DNA of 64,000 bases from Bispira polyomma (lineage: Eukaryota), in assembly GCA_965649765.1 (NCBI GenBank), contig OZ287751.1, positions 40,610,001-40,674,000 of the forward strand, in the 5' to 3' direction. Both the position numbers and the translations under genes were made by a program. The notes under the pieces were generated by a model. The model saw only the letters and a program-made list of their open reading frames with translations, ran no database searches and was not told the origin of the DNA. Positions 26,101 through 39,587 of the stretch are shown piece after piece (the stretch's first letter is position 1; every line of letters begins with the position of its first letter).

Positions 26101-29100
26101 CTATTAGAGCATTTGCCATCGCCAGGCCTTAGGGAAGGAACCTAACATACTGGGTTGCAACAAGAAAAGCTGGCAACAATCAGACTCAGAAAGGGCAGTC
26201 ATGTAAAACATATTCGGTACCAAAACTGGTTTCATTTTTGGCTATCTCATAATGTCAAAAGTCAGTTTTAACTAAATTATATTTTTTTATAATATCCACT
26301 GTATTCCTGGGTATCATCAACATAAAACATTCAAGTCTCTATGATACATGTTTATCATACTGCGGTAAATACCAAAACCAGTGTCTGGTACCAAACTAGT
26401 ACAGTGACCAAAGAGAATAAACTAGGATTACACAAAAACTACTCCACCCAGTTGACATGAAATTTGGTAAAGGGGTGGGTCAGAATCCATCAAAGTTTGG
26501 AGTTGATAAGGGTAACATGGCAGATCCATGATTATTTGGGCATAAACAAGGATGGTGCAAGACATAATTGATTCAATTTTGGAATGTACCCGATAGAATG
26601 GAGGAGCCAGGTTTTTTAGGCAAAGTGATATGTCGGAGGTATGGTATTTACTGAATGTCTCTAGATGGTTTTAGGGGTTGTTTTTTCTTCTGGTTGTTTT
26701 CAGGGGGACTTTTTAGGCAGTTCATCCCAAGATATTGCAACATCAGTGTATAAATAAAGAGTTACATATCTACTTAAACTTGAGAAGGCTCTTTAATTAT
26801 TGGAACACTTGGTTGGCTGTCATTTTGACACATTGTTTCATTGCATTTTGTTACCATCTTAGGATGTGACAAACTTTTAGTAACAGTATTTGTTTTTCCA
26901 AATAATCAACTGCAGCACTAGGGCATATATGTAGTTGTATTTCACAGTTATAACTACATTTTCATGAATAGTATAGGGTAGAATGTTTATGCATTTCTAA
27001 AATTTTCCAATAGTAATACCAGCTGAAACCATTCTGGCAATCCTAATTTAAACAAAAGCATAGTACACAGAGGTATTTGAAATTAGGTCATTTTTTCATA
27101 CAGATCAGTAAGTTTTTATGAAAGCTATTTGCAGTCTTCTATTTACATCAGACACAGATTCCATTCAATATTTCCTCATTCAAAAATAGAAAATATTGAC
27201 CTATTTTAAGACAAACAGGTTAATATATATTGCTGTTTGTGTTATGTTTATGGCCCCATCTAACATAGGTGAATTGACTGGCCGACAAGCTCGCGATATG
27301 TCTGTTTGTTGTCTTCAGTAATTGCCTCCACTCAATTGTCATGGCATGGAATTTGAAAAATGTTCAACTTCAGTTCCAAGACAACCCCTTTGAGAAGGAG
27401 ACAGTGTGGAGACAATTGCCTCCTTTTCTCATCTTTGTCTTTGTAGTTGCCACCCTGTTGCTTTGATGGCGTTTTGTTGTCCTCGTTGTCTTTTATTGTT
27501 GCCCAAACAATAAAAGCAGAAGACAGCAAGGAGACAGTAAGTGATAAGTAGGAGATATAAAAGAGACAATGAGCCGACAATGTTGTATAAATAATCGTAT
27601 TAGTGTCTCACAGTGGTCTTATCACTGTCATGCGACAACCAAAAATGGCCATTTGTGGTACCATTGTCCTATCCTTGTCTCAATTCTTTCTCACTTTGGT
27701 CTCATGGCTGTCACATCTGTGTCTCCTGGGTATCATCATACTGTCTCAATGATTGCATTGGAAGACCACTTTTGTTGAATTTTTTCATGCAACTGGACAT
27801 GAAGCATAGGGACAATTGCCAACAAATTATCACAACAATGTCGTGCATTTTTGTCATCTATGTGTGACAACAGCGGATTTCATTATTTATAGAACTCTTT
27901 CAACATAATATAACAACATTATGATGCATATAGATACTGGTATATGCTGCATACATTAATATGCATGTTTTTGTCATCAATCAACCCAGTATTATCAATC
28001 TCTGACCTCAAATGTTAGTTCTATATTTAATATTGATGACTAATTTTACACTCAATTTCCATTTGAAACACGTTTCAAATCGATTGACTCAAGTATTTAT
28101 TGATCCCCTTTGACTTTCTCTTGCAATTTACTGGTAAACAAAAGCTTTGAGTTCAAGAGGAGGCGGAGAGACAGGGGTGGGTTTTTGGTTGGCTTTATAG
28201 TTTTGCTTGCATTAAAGGTTACTCTCACTTTATTTTCCATTAAGTTTCTTGTCACATGTCAAATGATATTCTGTTTTTCTAACTGTTTCTTTTGTCAAAA
28301 AAAAATGTGTACTAGTCTCCTTTTTTAACATACAAACATTCTCACCCTAATCTAAATTTTGTCACCCAAATATCTAGTCTACAAGTATATATTCCTCTAA
28401 TAGGCTTATTTCTTTGCACAGGAAACCGAGGAATTGGTCTTAAGCTCTTCAGTGTAGTAAAACCAAAAACCTTTAAAGTGAAAATAATAGGACCATTACT
28501 GTTGTTTATAAATCCTTTGATGGCTACTTCCTGTAGCAAGGCAGGGACTTTTGATTTTTATCCTATTTTTTCTTATTTAATTTGATTTTAACAAATATAA
28601 GTGAGTTATGAGATTATGGGGTTCACCTGAGATTTTAGTCTTAACTTAATCTTAACTTTCAAATTTTTTGGGGGTCTACATTTTTTAAGAACTGTGATTT
28701 TGTAAAACTTCATTATTATAACTATAGTTACAACTGAACTAAAATTTTCTAAGACAAATATATTTATTTTTTTTGGTAAAAGCTATGACTTCAAATCTTA
28801 CCTTAAGAACTAAGACTAAGTGTAATAACTTTCGAACTGAGATATGTTACATATTTTTAGTGTAACGAGTTTTAGTGATATTAGATTATTACTATTAGTA
28901 ACTTTTTATCATTGACATACTGACAGTCAGTGTAGGATTCTCACTAGTTATAATACACTGTATATAATGGATATCCCCAGGTCATATGATATGTTTTACG
29001 GGCCCAAGAGCAGGACATTTGTCTTCTTATTCAGTATCTGCACAGTTCCCATGGTAAGATGGTAACCACCCACAAATAGAACATTTACACAATTCAGAAC

Positions 29101-30114
29101 TAATTAATTATATTATCAACAAGTGATTTTTTATCAATCCTGTCAATAAGCTGTTTAATCCTACTTCTGTGGTACTTGTTATTGGTTTGTATTCATATTT
29201 ATACCCACCATTGCATTTATTTACCTTTATCTGCTATTAGATAAACCAGCCAACCACTACCATTAACTGCCATTCCCCTGGCTTAGAAGGTAGGCTTGAG
29301 CATGACCATTTATTCATATTCCCAAGGCTCTTTAGCCTGTCACTGTGGATGATAAGATCCAATGACAGAGGGTGTCTATTTTAAGTGATCCTCATCCGAG
29401 TCACCATGTATCTGCCTGTACCTGGTCTGTATTCGTAAGCGAGTGTAAGCGAGTGTTTTACCCTACTAGGCCACAGTGGAAGATAAAACCACAGTTTCCT
29501 ACATGTAGCCTTATGAATCATACCCACATGGTAAATTGATTCAATTTGCTTCCTATTTCCCACAGTATTGTAAAATATTGACTTTAGAAAATCATTTTTT
29601 ACAACCTTTGTGATCCATTATGAATATACATGAGATTTCAAGAAGTCAAAAGAAGATATAAAAAACTGAATGTCATTTTGTCTCATAGGGAAAAAATATA
29701 GGAACTGAATTCCAATGAAGAACACCTTTCTTTCGATCTTAAATGTTAATTCATAGAGATAGTAATAACTTGCAAAATATCCAGGATATTGCACCAATTT
29801 GTTTTACAGTATATCACACCACAACGTTTGTTAAGCTATCTTAACACTATAGAATTTTTACTACACTATGTATTACTATTTTGTCATTAACACTAGAATA
29901 ACTGTAACTTGATATGATTATATAACAGATATATCACACACATCAAATGTGACTGAACAATAGATTCTTGGTTTAGTAGATTATGATTCACCTCAGAACT
30001 AAGTATTTAATGTATGATGTTTATACATTTCAAGATTCTAATAATGCTAATAATAACACCTCTAACCATTCTGGCAACCAAAATTTAAACAAGGAAATAG
30101 TCTTCAGAAGTATT

Positions 30115-30261
30115 NNNNNNNNNNNNNNNNNNNNNNNNNNNNNNNNNNNNNNNNNNNNNNNNNNNNNNNNNNNNNNNNNNNNNNNNNNNNNNNNNNNNNN
30201 NNNNNNNNNNNNNNNNNNNNNNNNNNNNNNNNNNNNNNNNNNNNNNNNNNNNNNNNNNNNN
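30115..30261. other. Assembly gap (147 N)
   Basis: Run of n. Confidence 1.
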
Positions 30262-30301
30262 CAAAACAAAAGATATCAACAAAATTATCATACAATCTTA
30301 C

Positions 30302-30425
30302 CTGTACAATGTACCATCACTATCCACACAAGCAGTAGCCTAACTGAACAAAAGCAGTTTTTTCCCCCAAGATGACACTTCTTCTTCAGAAAGGTAAAAT
30401 TACACAGATTCCCAGAATCCAACAT
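30302..30425 (-). CDS. Probable first coding exon (signal-peptide exon) of the cysteine-rich protein
   Basis: ATG at 30425; MLDSGNLCNFTFLKKKCHLGGKNCFCSVRLLLVWIVMVHCT followed by G|gtaaga (phase 1, compatible with exon 2). The hydrophobic stretch precedes GGVQS-Q, a plausible cleavage site. Assignment across a 17.7-kb intron is inference. Confidence 0.55.
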
Positions 30426-31347
30426 TATGCCTGTAATTCCTCTTTTTTCTTCTACAATGTAATGTCAAAGACTTTGACCCCCCTAACAGAAAATAAAAAA
30501 ACCACAACTAGATATATCTATATTCTTATAGCAAAAATATAGTTGTGTATAGTTTCTCAGAAATCACACACAGTTTATCATCGGGAAAGAAGAACGTGGG
30601 TTTTCTCTTTTGCTGTTCATTGATGATATTTTTACGGAAACTTTCTTGTTTGGAGGCGAGCGCTGTGTTTGTTGTTTTCCCTTGCTTTTCCCTCTTATGG
30701 ACAACGTATCATTGTTTTATGTGACGATGTAATTTGCTGCACAAGTACACACGCTGTCTCTGCGTTGTGAGATCTATGGGAGATAGTGCCACTTCTTGGT
30801 GCCTGCATCTGTAAAAGTTTATACATAGGCGTCAATGGCCGACTAGCCTTCCTTAAGGCTCATATTTTTGTCTATTTAATCAATATTATGAGTGTATTTC
30901 AGGTACTCATATTTAAGTACTGATAAATAAGTACTGCAAAGTACAGTTGTTTTCTTCTTGCCAAGAACTACTTCTTTTGACCAGGAAAGAACCCATCTTA
31001 CTCACATTACACTAAGTTGACTGAAATATCTGGTATAACACTATTATACAGACAAGACTGCTTAAAATCTTAAATTACTATTCAGGTAATCTGTGACGTT
31101 ATTGACCACCAATAATATCTTCTGGCCAGGAAAGGCAATCTGTGTCATTATGGACCACAAATATATCATCTGATCAGGAAGTAAGCTGTTACACATATAC
31201 TCGTATAAACATCTTGTACTAAATTAATACATTATCATATCTAGATAGTGTTTGAAATATTCTTGATAACACTATTACACAGACTGCCTAAAATCTTAAA
31301 ATACTGTTCGAACAATGTGTATATTTATGAACCACAAATTTATATAT

Positions 31348-32040
31348 TCTAATCTAATCTAACTATCGTAGCGCTTATCTCTGTGCTCGCAGATTCTAAG
31401 GAGCATGAGATAGAAAATCATTTCGACAATTTCATACAGCTCTTGGAGCAGGACGTACAAAGGTTGTAACAATAGAGACGCCGGAGAAAGGTAAGGAGGC
31501 TGAGGTGGAAAAGCCTTGCAAAATCGGTAGGTTTTAAGATTTTTCCGAAAACAGGCAAGTGAGGAGAAATTGCGAATATCATGAGGCAGATTATTTCACA
31601 GCTTAGGAGTATCATACAAGAAACTTTTGTTATAATGGTCTTTTTGACTTGTGAACTTATCGTACAAAGGTTAGGACACTTAAGAATGCAATTTTTCAGG
31701 CCTACTACACCTTGAATTGCGTTAACATGTATAGGTAGACAAGTAAAGACTGAAATACCGAGGGAGACCTGAATTAAGATATTTATATTACTATGGTAGC
31801 AGTCTTGAATATTACTCTATACTCAATGGGCAGCCAGTGGAGGGGTTTTTTTAAACAGGAATAACAAACAGTTATAAACTTGGACTTTCTCGTTACTCTC
31901 CAAGCCAAACTGTGTTGGACACACTGCAATTTGCACAGGTCAGTCCCAGCAACCTCTGAAAAGAGAGCTACAGTAATCAAGGTGACTGCAAGTCTGACAG
32001 AGCGTAACCTATTTTAACTGCTTCGTATTGATCTGAGAGA
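31348..32040 (-). mobile_element. L2-like LINE 3' fragment
   Basis: ORF remnant KLQCVQHSLAWRV...PLHWLPIEYRVIFKTAT; (ttaga)n tail at ~31348-31362. Confidence 0.75.
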
Positions 32041-33511
32041 CATGAAGTAAACCATTTTAAGACACTGCCTTGGAAACTAAACCATTATTAGGCATTTTGT
32101 GAAATGACTAGTGGTTATGACTACTACTCAGGGTTATGACTACTACTAGTTATTATGTGAAATGTCAATTATTAAACATACTGAAGGCTTTCGTTTATTG
32201 ACTGGAACATATAGATATTTTGACTTAGTCCCAACCTAGAGAAGAATTTGCTTCTGACAAACATAAGACTTAAGCAAGGCTAATAACTGAGAGGGAAGGG
32301 CGTGCAACACGAAGCGGGGGAAATGTGTAAGGGGGGGTGGGGGGGGGGCTTGTCTGAGTAAAGAAATTACCTGCAATCATCTTTATCTTAAAAACGCCAA
32401 CTACTCCATAACTACTTGTAATGTGACTTGTAGCACTGACCTTTTATCACAGGAGTATTTCTAAAGGTTTGTACAATTGACACACGTCTGATGTTTGGCC
32501 AACACATCATATAGACCAGTTTTTATTATGGACTATTGTATGTAATGAATGTAATGTTACATTGCATGTTTGTTAAATGCCACATAACATAATGTTTAAC
32601 TTGTTTAAAGTAACTAGAATGTTAAATTATTGTCCTTATGTTTGATAAAAAAAAATTTGCTTTTCATTCCCGATTTAGACATTTAACTTGGCGAAGCTCA
32701 AAATACATCTCTTAATGACCCTCGTATCTAAATCTGCACATCTCCCGTGACAATCTTGGCTTAAATCATGTCAATTTTAAAACTATGAATGTGAGCTCAC
32801 CGGGGAATCACCAAAAGGTATTGCCAAAAGGTCTTAGTCTCAATTCACTCTTGAGTTTAAGATTTTGATTTTAGAAGTAAATGTTAAGATTTTGGTCTCA
32901 AGTGCCACTAATAAAATATTTTTGCCTAGCGTTATCTTTGCACTTAACACTAAGACTAAGAATAGACAGTTAATTTTAAATATTTTAGATTAACTATTTA
33001 TAAGCTTAAGACTAAAAGTTGAGACTACAGGACATTTAGTGAATAGGGCACCAGAAGTATTAAGAGTTCACATCACAAGAGATGTGTGGAGCTGGCTGGA
33101 GATATTCTGAGTTATTGAGCACAAGTATTAAGGGTTTAGCCAGAGCTGTCCTGTGAGTTATGAGGTGTCCCTATTTAGCTTGTGTACGACATGTAGAACA
33201 CTCGGTATAAAGGGTTTTACAGACAGCCCAAGACACGACAAAACATAGAAATAGAAACAAGACAATATATATATTGATTATTCAGACTGGTCTCAGAACA
33301 ACACTGCACGACACTGCGATTGGCCTTGGAAAAATCTGTAACAATGTTGTGTTGTGTCGTGTGGCGGTCGGTCTGTAAAGCCCACACTGTGTGGAAGCTC
33401 GGCATATCACATGATATAGTAGCATGTATCTCTCCCATGTTTTGTATTCTTTCTCAAAGATTGTTCACATTACAGGTTACTCCGCTTTTAAAAGTTCTAT
33501 ATATTGTTCCT

Positions 33512-34161
33512 CTGAAGCAGTTTTTACAAAGAGGTCTCAAGTCTCAGACAAAAAACAGGCTCAAAGTTGAGACTTTGTCTTAGTTGATACAAAGAAAAGG
33601 TCTCACCTGAGACTAAACTGAGACCAAATCTCAAATCTGAAAATGTAAACAAAAACACATTGTTTGAATATTTGATAAAAAAAAGTGTTAGTGTTTGTGT
33701 AATATAATTTAAAAAAAAAATATATGATATACATTTTAGCAAGAAAAATAAACCTATAGTATATTAAATTATTACTTTTTAACATCAGATGATCTACTTG
33801 AGTGGTTGCTATGAAGCCCAAAAGTGTTGTAAAAGTGTCTCAAATTAGTATAGTTTTGAGGCAAATGTTTTGGTTGTTATTTATCATATAATTTAATAAT
33901 ATGTGCAGTAACAAATAACGAAATATCTCTACTTTCTTTTAAAAAAATCATAAAAAACAATAAGTATTGCCCCTATACAGATTTTTGCTTGAGACTTTTT
34001 GTTAAATACTTGGGACACCGCCAAACTGGTCTTAACTTTGGGCTGAGCCGTATTGTGAATACCACTCAATTTGAGACAATTTCTGATCTTCGATTTGAGA
34101 CAAAAGATTTAGATTGTGAGACGAAATATTGAATTAACGCCTCTTGTAAATACAGGCCCTG
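33512..34161. mobile_element. MITE-like inverted-repeat element rich in tgagac/gtctca; similar ones at ~32800-33055 and 46280-46395
   Basis: Ends tttacaaagagg...gtctca and tgagac...cctcttgtaaatacaggccctg. The 46280 element has gtattcagaaaaagg / ccttttctgaatac TIRs. Confidence 0.55.
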
Positions 34162-36101
34162 AGTTTTAATTATCACACCACTCATTGTATTCTCTTAATA
34201 GGTGCCAAGTTGTAGTAGTTTTGTCATAGTGAGCCTTTTTTTCTTTCAACATCATCTCACCATTTTTCATTATGTTTAATTAGGTCCTCCAGCAACAATT
34301 AATTTGAACAATATAAGAATTTTTTGGGTATAACATTATCTCTGCATTTTTTTTTTTTTTTTTTTTTTTTAACTTTGTATACACACGGTTATATTTTATT
34401 CAAAGCTACACACATTAATTCCATATGCTTCCAGTTGAAACCTTTTTTTTTTTCTTTTAAACATCTGCACAAAACTTTTAGTATCAAAAAAAATCTTCAT
34501 CAAAACAAAAAATTGGGGAGAAAACAATATTACAGCAAAGAAAGAAAGACAATAAATCGAGTAGCTATCAGGTAACACGTGTGTGTAATGTTCACTGGTT
34601 GCCAATTGTATAAAAACACTTCCTTACACGACGTTGTATTATTTTGATTCATGGCCATATATATATACTCCCTATTGAAAACTAAAACAAAAGAATGTTG
34701 TTAATAAGAGGTTTTTTATGAAACAGTTTCCAACAATCAGTTTTTATGATTTCTTTAATTAGTATCCCCATTTTCTGTCTGTAAAGATATGTCTTTTCAC
34801 ATTTAGTCCATTTGTTATATTCCATGGAAGATGTATTGCCTATTAGAAGTATGGGTTTGTCTTTGATATAGGTAAGTCAATCCATTGTGTTATGATACTT
34901 TGGTATTTACAACTTTAGAGTTAAACTAAAAAGAAGAGATTTCTATTATGTATTTTTCTGTTATGGTTTCTATTCTTTATCAAATCATACAGCTGCTGTG
35001 TTGATAGTTTATGAGTCCATATTGATAAAATGTTACAATAAAGGTCATTTCACAATAAAATATGGTTCCTAACACATACTTAAACTTTACTGCACTTGTA
35101 TCACCTTTGTTGTAAAACTGTGACCTGAAAATACCAACATTTCTTCTTTTTAACTGTTTGCATGCTACCTTGTTATTAGGTAGTTTACATTTTGAAAGGG
35201 GTGCCGCAGTTGAAAAGGGTGCCGCCGTCTTAGAAATAATATGTAAGGCCTTTATAGATTGGTTAGAACCAATCGAGCCATTCAAACTGAGGGGTATTAG
35301 ATTTTCGTGAATATATAGTGGCCATATCAACATTAGTGTATTTCACACTGTGTGCCTGTGTCTTTTTAAAAAGATAACTCTCGTCGGATATATGGGTTAA
35401 ACGGAAACTGTTCTTGTGAAGCCGTTTATTATTTTGTAACTACATTAGGTACAATGTTATTACCGTAAAACACAAAAAGTCTGATATTTACAAACATTCT
35501 TACTTTTACTAATGCATAAATAACATGAGTGCCTTGTGGTGAGTCTTCTTTCAGGGTAACTTGAATTCAGATACTTCAATTAGTAACCGTAATTTTTTTT
35601 GTAAGGTTTCATACACATATTTTTAGAGAGAAATAGCTTGCACCATGTTAATACTTCGGTATTGGCAGATATGTATCAATAGCCATTATTTTTTATAATG
35701 GTCTGATGCAGGATCAGAAAATAAAGCTTGATTATATATGAGAGCTTCATGAAGTAACAACAGTGCAAGTCTGATGGGCCAAAGTGTCATCAGTGTGAAT
35801 TAGTCACTTTGGGTGAGGTCAAGACTTAGCTTAGTATTTACATAAGCGTTTTCTTTTACTACATGGTTTGCTTAAAATAAAACTTGTATAAGATTTTTAT
35901 TGTTTGAAAATATCCACTAAATTAAAATGAAACACAGATAAAGCTCTAAATCCTACGGAGCCCCTTTTAGGACATGCACATTTTTTACACGCTTTGTATC
36001 GTTATGACAAGATCATACTGTTCTTTCAACTCAATTGGCTCATTATAACGAGATAGATCCTGTGTTAACAAGATCGTTTTGTTCTTCAAACTAAATTATA
36101 T

Positions 36102-38655
36102 ACCCCTGATCTACTATGCCGATTATTGCCCCCGATGATTACGATTATAAGATCGGGGTAATTATCAAGGAGGTTGTGAGATTCCAAAGACTCTTTGTTT
36201 CTAATCGGGGAGGCCACTGAGGTGTTCAAACATGTTTGATAACCTCTGCAAGCAGGGGCAAATATGGGTGGCACGGCCAATCAATCAGGGCCAATCGGGG
36301 CCAATCGTAACCTACTAACGACTTATGGTTACCTTCTAACGAGCTATCTTTTCAATCTTCCCCTAAATCATGTGAAATTCATCCCGACTTATCTTTCCAT
36401 CAAAAAGATAGTTCAGGTGCCATTAGGAATTATCTTTTCACCCCCCCCCCCCCCCCCCCTGGAGTTATTGAGTTATTTGTCAGACCCTTTGTTTTCCTCC
36501 GATTGAAAAAATAACTGAAGGATAAGTCATTTGGGAAGCCCTGATCGAAAAGATAGGTCGGGCCAAACAAAGGATAAGTTGCTGGTGCCAGCCAATTGAA
36601 AAAGTAAAGTTCTGCTCTGGCAAGGGATTGGACATGGAAGAAGTGAAGAAGTGGTTTCAGTCACAGAGGACAATCTATGGCATCAGGAAGTCCGGCCAGG
36701 CAACATCTGAGTTGAGCACTGGGTGAAGAACACTTCGACTTTTTTAAACCTCACATCTTACGACATGTCTCGAGAACGTCTGGCTATAAAGCCATCGCAC
36801 CTGCCTCTTTGTCCCGGGCTCCTGGAGAATCATCGACTCCCAAGGTGGGGTTTAAGTCAGACACAGACCAGGGCGCTGAAACAGAGATGGAGTCTTCCTT
36901 GCTGGTAGCATCCCCTGGGAGTACTTCAAAGCAGTCTTCAGTTTGTGTCAGATCAACCCCGAGGCAGCACTGTCTAATGAGCTGAAGGACATGCTGGCCA
37001 TATTGCAGGACACCATTTCAGGCTTCTTCAAGGACGCTATCAAGCCCAAAGCTGAGGGACCCAGGGGGCATTTCTCAACTGGTTGACATTGGAGGCCGAG
37101 ACTAAAATCCTAAAAGCATTTTCGACCACCCTTCAGCGTCTTGAGTTGCTGTAATTGTATTTTTATAAACCAAGTCTTTAGAGCAAATGCGTCATCTCCC
37201 AGGATGAAGTAGGGGACAGGGGCTCTGACGGGGCTAATGGTTTCAAGGGGGGAACTGATTGAGTGGTACTCTTTTTTCTCCTGCAGTTCAGATCTGTTAA
37301 AAATCTGGGCATCCGCTTGAACCTATGTCCCACAGGAAACGGTAATCCCCATCTACCTGGGTAAGCATGACAATTGAGTTACACCCCTTTTAGTTGAAGA
37401 ACTCGCTCCCACCTTTTCTCAGGCATCTAATAGCAATGTGTTTGCCATCTATGGCCCCACCCTCCCACCTACCCTCACCCACCCCCCAGGTTATTGGTAA
37501 TGTTCAACGTGTTCCAGAACATGGACTAGTCCTTCTTCTAGTCATCGGGGCTGGTGGGGCATGTGAGAAATTCTTTCTGGTACTTCTCGATGATTGCCTG
37601 GCAAACTTCTGGCACAAACTTGGTTATGGTTGACCTGCCCACTATGAATGAGTACTGCACCAATGTGTAGGACTCCCCAGTAGCCAAATGCCTCAAAGTG
37701 ATGGCTATCTTAAGTCCAGGGGTCAGTGCCTTCCTGTACCAGGTGGTGTGTCTCTGTATCCCATTCCTCACCCTCCTCTCCATCTCCTGGAATACGTCAG
37801 GGGGCATCCTGAGGAAATTGCGGTATGACTGGAGATCTTGCTGCTCCAGGCATGGCATGAGTGATGTGTAGTGTCAATGTTCTGCCCTTTCCTGAGTCAT
37901 GGCTTGATCCAGAACCTTGGCCTTGCCCTTCGTCTTCTGGCCACATGAGCCTTAGGCTGTGGATTCAGTGTTTCCCTTTGCCTTCTTAATCATCTTATGC
38001 TGCCTTCGATGTTCATATTAACCATCAGTTGTGCTTGCATGTAGGCAATTACAGCCCTAAGTACATTTGCTAGATTTATTATTCTTTGTGAAATCATGTT
38101 GATCACTTGACTTCGGAATTTAAATTGTTTGATTTAAGTTTGAACCCTCGTTTATATAGCGTTTGATTGAAACGGTACCTGCCATTTGTTATTACGAAGA
38201 TTTTGATCTAGATCAGCCATTCTATCGGCAGACTTATTTTAGTGTCCAACGACTAGATTGTAACGCCCTTACGACTTATCTTTTGGATCATAAGCAGTTC
38301 CAACAACATATCTTTGGCAATTGGGGAGGTCGGGAGCCCAAAAATGTGATCCTGACGACTACTTGGGCCGATCGATCGTAACGCTAACAACTTCTTGGGG
38401 GGTTTGGGGATTCCAACAACTTATCTTTACCAATCGGGGATGTTGGGAGCCAAAAAATGTAATCGTGAATACAAATTGGCCCAATTGATCGTAGTGCTAA
38501 CGACTTATCAGGGTGGTTATTTGACCTATCTTACAGATCGTGGTGGCGCATTTCTTCCGCCCTTTTTTAAAAACATTGCGGGGAAATGCTAAGGATTGCT
38601 CACGATTGCATAATCAGGGCCTCTCCCTGACCGTTCGTGATAGTGGAACAGCACC
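36102..38655 (-). mobile_element. Decayed PIF/Harbinger DNA transposon
   Basis: Contains a HARBI1-like transposase remnant. Right end ...gatagtggaacagcacc; the left end is only weakly complementary (13/21). It appears nested in a tacggagccc-type non-autonomous element that starts near 35953. Confidence 0.75.
36880..38097 (-). pseudogene. Harbinger (HARBI1-like) transposase pseudogene
   Basis: RRRARPRFWIKP; YRNFLRMPPDVF...KIAITLRHLATGESY...GRSTITKFVPEVCQAI (ORF 37538..37858); then AIDGKHIAI, DAQIFN, FILGDDAFAL and VVENAF, the DDE motifs, with stops and frameshifts. Confidence 0.85.
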
Positions 38656-39188
38656 AATACTGTTTTAGCAAGATAGATCCTGTGATAACAAGACTATTTT
38701 GTTATAATAAGATCTCCTGATTACATTATTTTCACAACTTCATTATCTTGTGGGAACAAGATGATAAATTGTAGGCATATAACAATCTTGTGAGAATGAG
38801 ATAATTATTCTGTGGGCCCGATATCATCTTGTGATAAAGAGTGTAAATAATCCCGATTAATATTGTAGTTACATCATATTTCTTGTTTTTTAGTATATCT
38901 GTGTTAAGAAGTTTGTAAATGCTACAAATAAAATGCTGAAAATAATATAGGAATAAAAAATACAAACAAGTGTTTTATGCGCATTTGCAAGGCACCACCC
39001 CAGTGGTGGAGTGATCAGTTCTAGGGGACCAGTCTAATTCCCGTTCACGGGGCATTGCGTAGTACTATATGAGCCTCGGCTGTCCAATTATTGATTCTTT
39101 TCAAACTCGACAGCAGAAGGAACAACTTCAACACAGAGTGCTCTCGCCTGCGAGGTCACCATAAAAGGGTGGCGAAATCACAAAGGAT

Positions 39189-39221
39189 GCATCGTGGTTC
39201 AGTGGTAGAATGCTCGCCTGC
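39189..39221 (+). other. 5' half of a tRNA-Gly(GCC)-like sequence, not a complete tRNA gene
   Basis: gcatcg-tggttcagtggtagaatgctcgcctgc matches the invertebrate tRNA-Gly(GCC) 5' part as I recall it (GCATCGGTGGTTCAGTGGTAGAATGCTCGCCTGCC) with one G missing. It ends in the anticodon; no T-arm or B-box follows. Confidence 0.8.
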
Positions 39222-39224
39222 GAG

Positions 39225-39500
39225 GAAATCATAAAGGATTCTTGTTTACATTCCTTTACAAAATTTTAGTACACTGGTTTTAATATTGATTGTGTCATTC
39301 ATATAGTATTAACATTGATCTATATTACTGTAACATTACAAAACACACAAAGGACGCGGATGAGGAAATGATAAAGGATTCTTGTTTACATTCCTCTACA
39401 AATTTTAGTACACTGGTTTATATTGATTGTGTCGTTGATATAGTATTAACATTGATTTATATTACTGTAACATTACAAAACACACAAGGACGCGGATGTT
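39225..39500. repeat. ~140-bp tandem duplication in the YR element leader
   Basis: ataaaggattcttgtttacattcc...cacaca(a)aggacgcggatg at 39231 and 39371. Confidence 0.9.
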
Positions 39501-39587
39501 TACATTTTGTCTCTATGTTTTAGTGTACTGTTTGTAGTCTTTTCTATATGTATTGTGCACTATATTACTGTAACATTACACATTACC

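Noticed and set aside
27332-27580. 82-aa ORF with a hydrophobic N-terminus as a candidate first exon
   Set aside because: It lies in a gacaa/ttgtc-rich repeat-like tract and I saw no convincing phase-1 donor; 30302-30425 fits better.
29983-30375. ORFs containing X runs
   Set aside because: Artefacts of the N gap.
39189-39260. Complete tRNA-Gly gene
   Set aside because: Only the 5' half is present; there is no 3' anticodon stem, T-arm or acceptor 3' strand.
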